From the IMG/VR virus record IMGVR_UViG_3300020469_000014, positions 114,055-134,054 of that record: DNA of 20,000 bases. One strand, 5' to 3'. Below are positions 1-9,250 of the stretch, piece after piece; within the stretch, counting starts at the first letter, position 1; each line of letters opens with the position of its first letter. Source of the DNA: an uncultured virus (IMG/VR IMGVR_UViG_3300020469_000014) (Duplodnaviria; Heunggongvirae; Uroviricota; Caudoviricetes). The translations under genes and the position numbers were made by a program. The notes beneath the pieces are model-generated. The model searched no databases. It was not told where the DNA came from and worked only from the letters and a program-made list of their open reading frames with translations.

Positions 1-675
1 CCTATGGAAGACCTCAATGTGTTCCTCATGGATTGAGGAACCTAGTTCGATCTTGTATAGGAAGACAGGACAGGCATAAGCTGCACCTGAGTTGTAGATC
101 AGGTCATCAGCGACAGGTCTGGGTTTCACGCCATTGTCGAGTTTGTATTTCTCTCCTCTGACATGAAGTTTCAATAGTTTCTGAGCATGATGTCTAGTTA
201 TTACATAACATGCAGTAGAAAAGTCATTAATAAATCTACGATGAACCTGTACATGTAATTCGCCAGGGCAAATTACTGCAACTTGGACTGTATCCCAGTC
301 GTATGGCATCCTAGAGATGAATTGTCTCCATGTAAATGTCCAGAACTGTGCGATACTAATATCACAATCATCTTCCATGATGATTGCATAGGGTTCATCA
401 GTCTCTTCAACAAAATGTTTGAGTGCTTTGAGGTGTGATGTTACACATCCTATCTCTCCAGCAGTAATACTATCTGGATACTTACCAGTTAATATATCAC
501 TTAGATCATCCCCTGTAGAGGGTCTACCATCGTATGCAGAGATACGAGTATAGTTTTCTATCTCCCATTCCTTAAGTTGATTTGACATCCACTCCATTCT
601 CTCTGGCTGTTCATCCAGATTAATAATGTAAAGAGGACCGAATCCTTTAAGTTTGTATGCGGCTTTATTTGACAT
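1..675 (-). CDS. Glycosyltransferase family 25 (LPS/LOS biosynthesis type), 3'-truncated by the window edge
   Basis: Not in the ORF track. Manual translation from ATG at 675: MSNKAAYKLKGFGPLYIINLDEQPERMEWM...RISAYDG...AGEIGCVTSHLKAL...AIIMEDDC..., open to position 1. INL...R, GExGCxxSH and EDD are GT25 motifs. Confidence 0.88.
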   Translation of the reverse strand, partial: MSNKAAYKLKGFGPLYIINLDEQPERMEWMSNQLKEWEIENYTRISAYDGRPSTGDDLSDILTGKYPDSITAGEIGCVTSHLKALKHFVEETDEPYAIIMEDDCDISIAQFWTFTWRQFISRMPYDWDTVQVAVICPGELHVQVHRRFINDFSTACYVITRHHAQKLLKLHVRGEKYKLDNGVKPRPVADDLIYNSGAAYACPVFLYKIELGSSIHEEHIEVFHR

Positions 676-1174
676 CGAAAAAGAATGTTTGTGTGAGTCT
701 ACTTGTTTCTAATGTGTTCCCGAAGCCAGGAACTATACTTCTATGATACAACACTTTGCCGCGATACGCAACCAGTCTATTGTAAATATTTCCTACACCG
801 ATATTCATATCACTATCGGGAGACTGATAGATAGCAGTTCCAGAATCAAGAATAGGATTGGGAGTCAGATATAATACTGCTGCCCACTCTCCTTGATCTT
901 CTCCCTGACTATCAACATGAACCCAAGTTTCTGTTCCTTCTTGGCATGATTGAAAACAAAAACTATCCTGTGTCCAATCCCATACTATCTCTCCTCCGAG
1001 AGTAGTCTTTAGTTTGGTCTCTACCTCTGTCTGTAGATCACCACCCAAAGCAGTATTTGATCTGACACCTGGCACAGATTTTTGAATCCTATCATAATCT
1101 AAGGATAAGGCATGAAACCTTATCCTGTCTGGGTCATCTAAAAAATTATCTATTACAATTAGATTACGTTCCAT
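665..1174 (-). CDS. DUF6445-like putative 2OG-Fe(II) oxygenase
   Basis: LIVIDNFL N-terminus, HxD (WVHVD), distal H (YHRS) and C-terminal RLTQTFFF match the 2OG-Fe(II) dioxygenase pattern. Confidence 0.65.
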   Translation of the reverse strand: MERNLIVIDNFLDDPDRIRFHALSLDYDRIQKSVPGVRSNTALGGDLQTEVETKLKTTLGGEIVWDWTQDSFCFQSCQEGTETWVHVDSQGEDQGEWAAVLYLTPNPILDSGTAIYQSPDSDMNIGVGNIYNRLVAYRGKVLYHRSIVPGFGNTLETSRLTQTFFFDVK

Positions 1175-1242
1175 TGCTCAACCTGACAGACCAAAAAATA
1201 GCCAGAGATTTTTTTACGGTATTTTTGAAACTAAAAGTGAAA

Positions 1243-2100
1243 TTAGGTAACGATCCAACCATCACAATATAAATCCTTTAGATTTTTATCTTTGTAATCT
1301 GGCCCGAACCATTGCTTAGGTGCAACAACTTTACCTCTACCATTTTGTAACCATGCACCCCACCATGATAAGGAGGAGTTGGCGATGATTGCACCAGAGC
1401 ATAAACTCATGATGCAAATATCAACAAATGGTTCATAAGATCCATCAGGATATTTGTCTGTTGGTTCTGATATGAGGAACCTATCATCAGCAAAGAACTC
1501 TTGTTCTTTTACCCACTCAGGAGAGTCCGAACATACAACCACAGGTTGATCCTCTGGGAACTCCTTGAGTGCCTTCTCATAGTATTCTACGGGTTGTGGA
1601 GGGTGTTGACCAGAACATTCGGTGTAAGACCATTTGAATCCTCTGGCATCGACTAGGTTGGGATCTCCTCTCCTAACATGCAGAAACAATGGAGCCTGAT
1701 CTAATGAATCTACCATCTCCTTACAAGGTCCTAGAATAGAATCATGAAAAGTAAAATCTCTCCTGATATCTTGTTCTATATTTTTAAAATATTTTTCTGT
1801 CTGAAAGAATCCAAATAAACTTACATCATTAGGACACATCCTATGGAGTTCTTCATCAAACTCAAAATGTTTTTCGATTACAACAGGAGCATGACCTCTA
1901 TCAAGAACTGCAAGATTACTTCTTCCCACACTCTCTAATGTAAATGCTCTGTGTAAACTATAATTATCTACTCTCTTGGATTCAAAAGGTGGAATACCAA
2001 ACTCGTATCCACGCATCGCAGAGATACCCCTAACGGCAGCATATTGAAACATCTGATTACCTAGTCTGCCTAGGTTTCCCATTTGATTAAAGGCCAGCAT
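1243..2100 (-). CDS. Glycosyltransferase family 11 (alpha-1,2-fucosyltransferase-like), copy 1
   Basis: GRLGNQMFQYA, FQTEKYF, HVRRGD and IIANSSLSWWGAWL motifs. Confidence 0.92.
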   Translation of the reverse strand: MLAFNQMGNLGRLGNQMFQYAAVRGISAMRGYEFGIPPFESKRVDNYSLHRAFTLESVGRSNLAVLDRGHAPVVIEKHFEFDEELHRMCPNDVSLFGFFQTEKYFKNIEQDIRRDFTFHDSILGPCKEMVDSLDQAPLFLHVRRGDPNLVDARGFKWSYTECSGQHPPQPVEYYEKALKEFPEDQPVVVCSDSPEWVKEQEFFADDRFLISEPTDKYPDGSYEPFVDICIMSLCSGAIIANSSLSWWGAWLQNGRGKVVAPKQWFGPDYKDKNLKDLYCDGWIVT

Positions 2101-2923
2101 TTAGTTCTTCCCCCCTACGTTTGATGTAGTCTAGTTTTGAATAATATTGTGTAACGGACTCTTTATCTTGAGTCCTAATCCAGTTCCACAATCTATCGTT
2201 GTCTTGAAACTTAGGATTGTGGTAGTGTGAATTGAATGTTCTACCGTGTTCAAAGTGGTAGATGTCATCAATAACTCTGCCAACTTTAAATCCAAAAAGA
2301 TTTAGTCTGTAATAAAACTCACAATCTTCTGCACCCCATGAGATAAATTCTTCATTCCATAGTCCAGCAGATACTTCTGCGGTTTTAGTTATCATCTGAC
2401 CCCATCCAATAGACGACGGAATCCTAACTTTAGCATCTTTCAGAACTTCAAAGTCAGCATCAGATCCATCATGTGATGATAGAAAATTATCCAATAGTTG
2501 ATCAGAATAAGTTACTGCCCACTGATAGATACCACATCCGAAAGGATAGACAGCATCAGATCCTTCCCTCGTGATGGCACGGTGAGCAAGTTCATGTGAG
2601 TTCTTCGGAACAACAACGTCCACATCATGATTATAAATGATGGGAGTGTCAGCGAGAACACATAGGTCATTAAGGATTCTAGTTTTATGAAAGAACGTCT
2701 CGGTACTCTGTTCAAAAACATGTTTGAGTTGTGATGTGTCCTTTACATAATTTTTAATACGAGGTAAAGCACTCTCACTAAAGTGTGATTGAGTGTCAAC
2801 TTCTTTAACAATAATCTTTGCTTCGGGGAAACATTTTAAGATATAGGTAACAGAAGTAATAACATTACGAAGTCTATCTTCTGTCTCAATCCTACATGGA
2901 AGTAGGTAGGTGAGGTCTTTCAT
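2087..2923 (-). CDS. GT-A fold glycosyltransferase with GT7 C-terminal (galactosyltransferase-like) motif
   Basis: DxD-type HDVDVV and GLWNEEFISWGAEDCEF (WGxED) motif, followed by IYHFEH. Confidence 0.8.
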   Translation of the reverse strand: MKDLTYLLPCRIETEDRLRNVITSVTYILKCFPEAKIIVKEVDTQSHFSESALPRIKNYVKDTSQLKHVFEQSTETFFHKTRILNDLCVLADTPIIYNHDVDVVVPKNSHELAHRAITREGSDAVYPFGCGIYQWAVTYSDQLLDNFLSSHDGSDADFEVLKDAKVRIPSSIGWGQMITKTAEVSAGLWNEEFISWGAEDCEFYYRLNLFGFKVGRVIDDIYHFEHGRTFNSHYHNPKFQDNDRLWNWIRTQDKESVTQYYSKLDYIKRRGEELNAGL

Positions 2924-3849
2924 TATTCTGGTTCAATATATGATGGATCATTATGTAATTTAACCCAACGTGGAGGAATCAAATCGCTCATGTCATACAT
3001 GTCATACTTAATTCCAAACCAAGGATCGGGGGCAACAACTTGCCAGTGTCTTTGGATAGAGTTTTTACCCATCTTATCTCCACCTTTCTGCAACCATGCA
3101 CCCCACCATGATAATGATGAGTTAGCAATGATACCACCACCGCATAGTGTCATAAGACAGAGATCAATGTATGGTACAGATGCACCATCTCCAAACTCCT
3201 CATACGAGGCATCAGAGAACAGGAATCTATCCCCCTGTAACCATTCTTGTTCCTTACACCAATCAATAGTATCAGAAACAACTACAACATTCTTATCTTC
3301 TGGAAACTTTGATAGTGCCTGAATGTAATATTCTTTCTTACAAATAGGATGATACTCTTGCACCATTTGATAAGACCATTTCTCTCCTCTTCTGCCTGTC
3401 ACATTAGGATTACCTCTGCGAACATGTAGGAAGATATTATTATCTTGTCCACCATTCCCATCAATAAATTCTTGACATGGTTCTAGATATTCTTTCTTGA
3501 ATGTAAAGTCATGTCTAATGTCGGCAGAGATACTTTCAAAATAATATTCTGTCTGAAAATTACCAGAGAAGTTAGTGTTGTCTTCACACTCATTATAGAT
3601 CTTCTCATTGAAAGCCATGTCTCTATAGACTTCCTGTTTAGCAAAGAATGGTTCTCCCTGATTCTCTGGGAGACAACCACTCAATTCAAAGGCATCAAAC
3701 AAACCATAGTTGTCTAACCTATCTGCATTTGGGCCTGGTACTACCCAATTAAACCCACGGTGTGCAGCAACACCTCTTACAAAAGCATACTGGAACATTT
3801 GATTCCCAAGTCTACCTTCGTTACCTAATCCTTGAAATGAAATAGCCAT
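2923..3849 (-). CDS. Glycosyltransferase family 11, copy 2
   Basis: GRLGNQMFQYA, FQTEYYF, HVRRGN and IIANSSLSWWGAWL motifs. Confidence 0.9.
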   Translation of the reverse strand: MAISFQGLGNEGRLGNQMFQYAFVRGVAAHRGFNWVVPGPNADRLDNYGLFDAFELSGCLPENQGEPFFAKQEVYRDMAFNEKIYNECEDNTNFSGNFQTEYYFESISADIRHDFTFKKEYLEPCQEFIDGNGGQDNNIFLHVRRGNPNVTGRRGEKWSYQMVQEYHPICKKEYYIQALSKFPEDKNVVVVSDTIDWCKEQEWLQGDRFLFSDASYEEFGDGASVPYIDLCLMTLCGGGIIANSSLSWWGAWLQKGGDKMGKNSIQRHWQVVAPDPWFGIKYDMYDMSDLIPPRWVKLHNDPSYIEPE

Positions 3850-4694
3850 TATTTAATCAATTTAATGTAGGGATACTCATCAGACATTCGACCATCATAA
3901 TTCTTAAACTCATCATTTGATTCTAAGTCATAATAGAAGAATTGTCTACCATATCTAGGTACAGTTTTCTGCCATCCTAGAAAATTTATAACACCACTTG
4001 GAGTGGAAGTAATTGATTGATCTATAAGATCTTCATTACCATTCCAACTCCAAGGAACACAAGAGTCAACAGTAATGATAGTTGATTTACTTTTGAAAGC
4101 AGTCATTCTGAGGAACCCCTCACTATAACCACTAAAAGCATCATTCCTTTTATCATTTCTATTCCATTTCATACCATTAGTAGCGTGAAATATAATAGAT
4201 AAATTTCTATCCACAAGATGTCTCTCACAAAAAGCAATACCCATCTCTTCTGAACTGCCCCACATATCATTACATACCATCCCAACAACAGGAAGAGAAT
4301 CTAAGTAAAAATATCTTATGGGATCAGTTTCTAATCTACCCAAGCAGTAGTCTGAGGGAATACAATAAGTCTTATGAGTTATTGTATTCAATTTTCCAGA
4401 CTTATCATAATGTCTGATTTGATTTCTATGAATCAAACCAATGTGTTCTTTTTCTTTGAATAATGTTCCTAAGTGTAGTCCAACTCCAGTATTGTGTTGT
4501 TCTATTTCTTTAAGAGCATCTTTCAATTCTTCATCTTTATCTTGCCAACCATTACAGTATCCAGATAAAGCACCCTCTGGTGTTAGGAGGTGATCAACTG
4601 CATTTTGTTTAGCCCAATCTAATGATTTTAATATCTCTATCTTATTAGATTGAATATTAGAACCAACAGGAATCTGAGCCCCTGCAATTCTCAT
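3849..4694 (-). CDS. Carbon-nitrogen hydrolase (nitrilase superfamily) amidase
   Basis: MRIAGAQI start. Glu-Lys-Cys triad candidates: TPEGALSGY, THKTY and MVCNDMW. Confidence 0.82.
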   Translation of the reverse strand: MRIAGAQIPVGSNIQSNKIEILKSLDWAKQNAVDHLLTPEGALSGYCNGWQDKDEELKDALKEIEQHNTGVGLHLGTLFKEKEHIGLIHRNQIRHYDKSGKLNTITHKTYCIPSDYCLGRLETDPIRYFYLDSLPVVGMVCNDMWGSSEEMGIAFCERHLVDRNLSIIFHATNGMKWNRNDKRNDAFSGYSEGFLRMTAFKSKSTIITVDSCVPWSWNGNEDLIDQSITSTPSGVINFLGWQKTVPRYGRQFFYYDLESNDEFKNYDGRMSDEYPYIKLIK

Positions 4695-4695
4695 G

Positions 4696-5550
4696 TTACC
4701 AATAGTGTGTCTGCCAACGGGCAGGAACCATCATACTTGTATCTAAGTGTGACATGGCAGAACCATACCACTTCTCTGGATCAGGGGCGATGACTTTACC
4801 CCTATCCCTTTGCAACCATGCACCCCACCAACTGAATGAACTGTTAGCAATGATTGCACCAGAACAAAGACTCATCAAACATAGATCAACCTGAGGCAGA
4901 AGAGTATTCTGCATCTGTCCTGTGCCATCAATAGTTTGATATTCATATCTCTCAGGATTATCATTGAAGATAAACCTATCGTTCTCAAAGAATGATTGTT
5001 TCTTACACCAATCAATATCATCTGTGAATACAAAGCATGGAGTATCAGGACTCCAAAATTCTAACGCAGTCTCAAAATATGATAGCGGGAGGATGGGATG
5101 GAATTCTTCTCTTCCGATGTTGTCAGACTGTCTAATGTGAAGAAAAATAGGAGGGCTATCCAAACTATTGATGTAAGCAGTACAAGGTTCGAGAACATCT
5201 TTCTTAAAAGTGAAATCTTCAAGGATCTGATCTGCAATGTGTACAAAGTAATCTTCTGTCTGTAGATAGGCATCTATATTGACACCATCTGTACAATAAA
5301 ATAATCCTTCATCAAAAGCATGTGTAGATTCTTTTACTGTCATGGCATCATTGAACCCAAGATTCTCAGGTTTTACATGCTTCATTTCAAAGGTATCAAA
5401 CAATCCATAATTATCTTTATGATTGCAGTCAGGTGGTGGAATCATCCACTGATACTGATTATAATTTGCGATTCCTCTGAGTGAGGCATACTGGAACATT
5501 TGGTTTCCAAGTCTACCATTACTACCGAGGCGATTATAACTAATCGTCAA
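4696..5550 (-). CDS. Glycosyltransferase family 11, copy 3 (TTG start overlapping the upstream TGA)
   Basis: GRLGNQMFQYA, LQTEDYF, HIRQSD and IIANSSFSWWGAWL motifs. Confidence 0.9.
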   Translation of the reverse strand: MTISYNRLGSNGRLGNQMFQYASLRGIANYNQYQWMIPPPDCNHKDNYGLFDTFEMKHVKPENLGFNDAMTVKESTHAFDEGLFYCTDGVNIDAYLQTEDYFVHIADQILEDFTFKKDVLEPCTAYINSLDSPPIFLHIRQSDNIGREEFHPILPLSYFETALEFWSPDTPCFVFTDDIDWCKKQSFFENDRFIFNDNPERYEYQTIDGTGQMQNTLLPQVDLCLMSLCSGAIIANSSFSWWGAWLQRDRGKVIAPDPEKWYGSAMSHLDTSMMVPARWQTHYW

Positions 5551-6698
5551 AGGTCAATCCTCCATGTCTTCTCATGTATTTCATTATAGTTCTTGACGAA
5601 GATAAGACTATCGCCATAATCTTCTTCTAGTTCCTCGCTATATTCATCAACAACAGCATCAATCTCTTGAACATATACCGTGTGACCATCCTTTAAAAGA
5701 TCTTCTACTAGTCTAAGTCGTGGACTTTCAACTATAAGATCACATCCTATCTTGTAACCAATACTATCAATAAAGAAAGGTAGTCCGTCTACATTTCTTT
5801 CTACACAGTAGTTCTTAATGAACTCTGCATGTGCTTCATTGAAATCATCAGTTACTTGAGGAAGACTATACTTAAGACCAACCTTATCAGCATAGTGTCC
5901 TAAAGCACGGTTGTCACGGGGCAGACAAGGACCTCCGAAACCTAAACCATAGTTCAAATATTTAGACCCAATCCTACTGTCCTGTCCGATAGATGATAGA
6001 ACGTTTTTGATCTCATCACCACACCCAGAATTGTATAGAATCTGACCCATCATGTTAGCATAACTGATCTTATATGTAAGGAAACAATTAATACCAATCT
6101 TAGTAATCTCTGCAGCAGTATTAGACATGGGGTAGAAGTCTACATCTCTATCCATGATTCCACAGTAGATTGATTTGATAAGTTCAAATCCTTCCTCATC
6201 ATTGCCACCACACAGAATCATATCTGCATTTCTCATGTCTCTGATAATTGTTCCCTGTGCAACAAACTCAGGACTATAGAATACACTTATACCTCTATCC
6301 TCCAATGTTTTGTCTACCTTATCAACAAAGCCTGGATTGGTTGTGCATCCAACAATAAATTTCTTACCCTCTAAATTAGGAGATCTAATTAGATCAGACA
6401 CCACTTCATCAACTAAACTACAATCGTAACTACCATCTTCTAGAGATGGCGTAGGAACAAAGGTAAAGATAACATCAGAAGATTTTATAACATCAATATT
6501 ACTAGTAGTTGCTCTAAGTTTTGTTGATCGAAGTAAAAGATCTTCTACCTCTGGTTCATTACTATAAAGTTCTTTAGCGGTAAGTTTATTGACATAACTT
6601 GGGTTTATGTCAGAAACATATACATCATGACCAGCGGACTCTGCAAGCAGGGCAAAACAAATGCCAAGTCTTCCAGCACCGATAACACCGATTTTCAT
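5547..6698 (-). CDS. ugd: UDP-glucose/GDP-mannose 6-dehydrogenase family protein
   Basis: Rossmann motif IGVIGAGRLG, VPTP, PEF, AEITK..N..L..KIS..N, and catalytic GFGGPCLPRD. Exact substrate cannot be determined from sequence. Confidence 0.88.
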   Translation of the reverse strand: MKIGVIGAGRLGICFALLAESAGHDVYVSDINPSYVNKLTAKELYSNEPEVEDLLLRSTKLRATTSNIDVIKSSDVIFTFVPTPSLEDGSYDCSLVDEVVSDLIRSPNLEGKKFIVGCTTNPGFVDKVDKTLEDRGISVFYSPEFVAQGTIIRDMRNADMILCGGNDEEGFELIKSIYCGIMDRDVDFYPMSNTAAEITKIGINCFLTYKISYANMMGQILYNSGCGDEIKNVLSSIGQDSRIGSKYLNYGLGFGGPCLPRDNRALGHYADKVGLKYSLPQVTDDFNEAHAEFIKNYCVERNVDGLPFFIDSIGYKIGCDLIVESPRLRLVEDLLKDGHTVYVQEIDAVVDEYSEELEEDYGDSLIFVKNYNEIHEKTWRIDL

Positions 6699-6705
6699 TG
6701 TGAAA

Positions 6706-7467
6706 TTAAACCTCTAATTTGTACGTTGGGATAGGATCCATTTTATGTTTGTTTTGGGCATTAAATCTGTTCAAGATTTCTAAGGCAGGACCTGCACCAG
6801 TTTCCATTGCCTCTTCTAGTTGTTCGTATGAAGCACCAATCTGGTCTTCATCGTTTCTACCATCCTCCCACAGTCCATCTGTAGGAGTTGCATTGATGAT
6901 CTCAGTAATCACTCCGAGTTCTCTTCCGAGCTCTCTGACTTCTGATTTATAAAGGTCCGCAATCGGAGCAATGTCAACCCCACCATCACCATACTTAGTA
7001 TAAAAACCGACTCCATAGTCCTCCACTTTGTTTCCTGTTCCAACCACTATACCACCCACATTGGCAGCGACATGATATAGTGTCACCATCCGTAGTCTGG
7101 ATTTAGTATTGGCTTTCGCCATTGGATTACCAGTATACTCCACACCTACCTCACTTGTCAAATCAGACATAAGTTTAGCATAGGATTCTGATAGATCTGC
7201 TTTTAGAATTTTCACATTAGGATACATTGAACTTAACCAATACATGTGTGCATCGGATAGAGTTTCTTGTTCTTTGTTTTGATTCAATGGCATACCTACA
7301 AGGTAAGTCGGTTTACCTGTTTTTACTGCAAGAGTAGAAGCAACAGCAGAATCAATTCCACCAGACACTCCTACTACAAAACTATTAATATTATTTGTGT
7401 GTGTATATTTGCACAACCACCCAACCATATCAATGGTGAGTGATTTATAATCTTTGATTCGATTCAT
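6706..7467 (-). CDS. nadE: NH3-dependent (single-domain) NAD+ synthetase
   Basis: PP-loop SGGIDS, NTKSRLRM, GTGNKVE, GFYTKYGDG, PIADLYKSEV, PTDGLW...DEDQIG and HK motifs. Confidence 0.93.
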   Translation of the reverse strand: MNRIKDYKSLTIDMVGWLCKYTHTNNINSFVVGVSGGIDSAVASTLAVKTGKPTYLVGMPLNQNKEQETLSDAHMYWLSSMYPNVKILKADLSESYAKLMSDLTSEVGVEYTGNPMAKANTKSRLRMVTLYHVAANVGGIVVGTGNKVEDYGVGFYTKYGDGGVDIAPIADLYKSEVRELGRELGVITEIINATPTDGLWEDGRNDEDQIGASYEQLEEAMETGAGPALEILNRFNAQNKHKMDPIPTYKLEV

Positions 7468-8276
7468 TTTCTAGTGGCTAGAATGACAGTGTTTTCATAA
7501 TCACGACCTGTATCAAAGGTGTAATCTTTTTTGATCTTCTCAATGAAATCATTATAATAGAATTCATTAAAGTTGACAAGGTTGTATATCATATAAACAT
7601 ATTTTGAATTAGTAATAACCTTATCGTAATATGCCATCTGTGTAGGAAGATCACACTCGGATAGAGCGTAGTTACTGATGAATAAATCTACATCTTTAAT
7701 CTCTTCGTACTCTGTACATGGAATACATGTTACCTTATCTTTCAGATCTTCAAACTGATCTAGATATTTTCTCTGCAAGGCAGATACTTCTGGTAAGTCG
7801 ATCAAAATATATTGATCAAACTCACACACTTTACTCAAGACTCTACAGAGTCCACCATATCCACCACCTACTTCAACAACCTTACCAACTTCAGCACCAT
7901 CAAGTAAGAATCCCATCTCAAAAGTATTCTTCATATACCTAAGAGTTGTAGGAGATATTGTACCAGTCATGCCTGGATATGGATACAGTTCTGGATTACC
8001 AATCTTGTCATTCTCCTTAAAGGCCTCAAGATTTTCCCATACTGCATCCTCATTCATATCCTTACAGATGTTTAGATATGCCTGTCCTTGATCCTTGAGT
8101 ACATGTTCTAGAATAGTTTTGTACTTTGGATTGGATTTGAAGTTTGCAAAGGCATCATCAGATGCAACTGCTTCCTTACATGCTTCAAGATATTCTACAG
8201 CGATTTGATCTTCTGCTTGCCATCCGCTGCGATCATCTTGAACAGCAGTGGCAGATACGTCAATGATTTCACTCAT
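7464..8276 (-). CDS. Putative sugar O-methyltransferase (class I SAM)
   Basis: SAM motif VEVGGGYGG, ILIDLPEV, DLFISNYALSE; glycan-cluster context. Confidence 0.78.
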   Translation of the reverse strand: MSEIIDVSATAVQDDRSGWQAEDQIAVEYLEACKEAVASDDAFANFKSNPKYKTILEHVLKDQGQAYLNICKDMNEDAVWENLEAFKENDKIGNPELYPYPGMTGTISPTTLRYMKNTFEMGFLLDGAEVGKVVEVGGGYGGLCRVLSKVCEFDQYILIDLPEVSALQRKYLDQFEDLKDKVTCIPCTEYEEIKDVDLFISNYALSECDLPTQMAYYDKVITNSKYVYMIYNLVNFNEFYYNDFIEKIKKDYTFDTGRDYENTVILATRK

Positions 8277-9250
8277 GTTAATTGTGGTTTCTGATTTCTA
8301 AGTGGGTCTAGTTGTGCAAAGTAGTTTCCATACATGTAATCCTCTGCGACTCTCATGCACTGAGCAGTCTCAAAGTTTTCTTGTATTACATCTTTCTTGG
8401 ATTCATAATACTCTGGTGTGAGTTTATCCCAAGGAATATTCTCCCAAGGTGTTTTCTCATCTAGGAAGATGATACCTTCTGGATTGAAGTATTGTGCTAC
8501 TCCAACAGTTCCATAATAGACTGGAATAGTTCCACACGCAAAACAATCTGTCAACTTCTCCGTAAAGTAAGTTGGATAGTTTGCATTTTCTACTGCAAAA
8601 GAGAACATATAATCTCTCAATGCTCTTGACTTTTCTGTCAGTGGTAACTCTTGGGGTAATCCCCAACCAAATAAATCATCACCACCTTGTTTTTTGAAGT
8701 AAGATTCTACAACTTTAAGGCGACGTTGATGTCCTAGAGTATATCCTTTGTTAGATGCGACCATTGAGACAAGTTTTGACTTCTTATAGACTGCCCTATC
8801 CATGACCCAAGGAGCAGCATTAGATAAACAATAGAGAAATTTGCCATCTGCGCCACTCTCATTCGTTAGTCTCTGATCAGCAGTAAAGATCCCATCAACC
8901 CGACTAGCAACAAAATCATAATTCTCTTCTATGAATTTATACTGTTCTGGAATAATTTCCCTTGACTCTAACAACCAGATAAACTTTGGGTTATCGCTGG
9001 TGTCCTCCAAGACTTTTAGTGCCTCCCCATTCACATAGAGATTTACTAGACCAGTTCCGTTACGAATCCATCTAGTGTAAACCGACCTATTGTTTGCCGA
9101 AGTAGATGGTTCTAATGAATCATTACAATAAAGATTGATAGGAAATTTTGAGTCAGGTCCTAGAACAGGAAAGTCCATTCCTGTAGGACTCTTCTTGGCT
9201 TTATCAACTGCCTCTCTCAGTGCTGCTGCCTCAGCATCATACTTATTCAT
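8273..9250 (-). CDS. Glycosyltransferase family 10 (alpha-1,3-fucosyltransferase-like)
   Basis: YMFSFAVEN...YFTEKLTDCFACGTIPVYYG is the alpha-1,3-FucT signature. Confidence 0.85.
   Translation of the reverse strand: MNKYDAEAAALREAVDKAKKSPTGMDFPVLGPDSKFPINLYCNDSLEPSTSANNRSVYTRWIRNGTGLVNLYVNGEALKVLEDTSDNPKFIWLLESREIIPEQYKFIEENYDFVASRVDGIFTADQRLTNESGADGKFLYCLSNAAPWVMDRAVYKKSKLVSMVASNKGYTLGHQRRLKVVESYFKKQGGDDLFGWGLPQELPLTEKSRALRDYMFSFAVENANYPTYFTEKLTDCFACGTIPVYYGTVGVAQYFNPEGIIFLDEKTPWENIPWDKLTPEYYESKKDVIQENFETAQCMRVAEDYMYGNYFAQLDPLRNQKPQLT

Noticed and set aside
1349..4830. 17-nt exact repeat occurring three times, considered as a CRISPR, DGR or mobile-element repeat
   Set aside because: It encodes WWGAWL in the three GT11 paralogs. 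Trp codons are non-degenerate and the spacing is gene-length.
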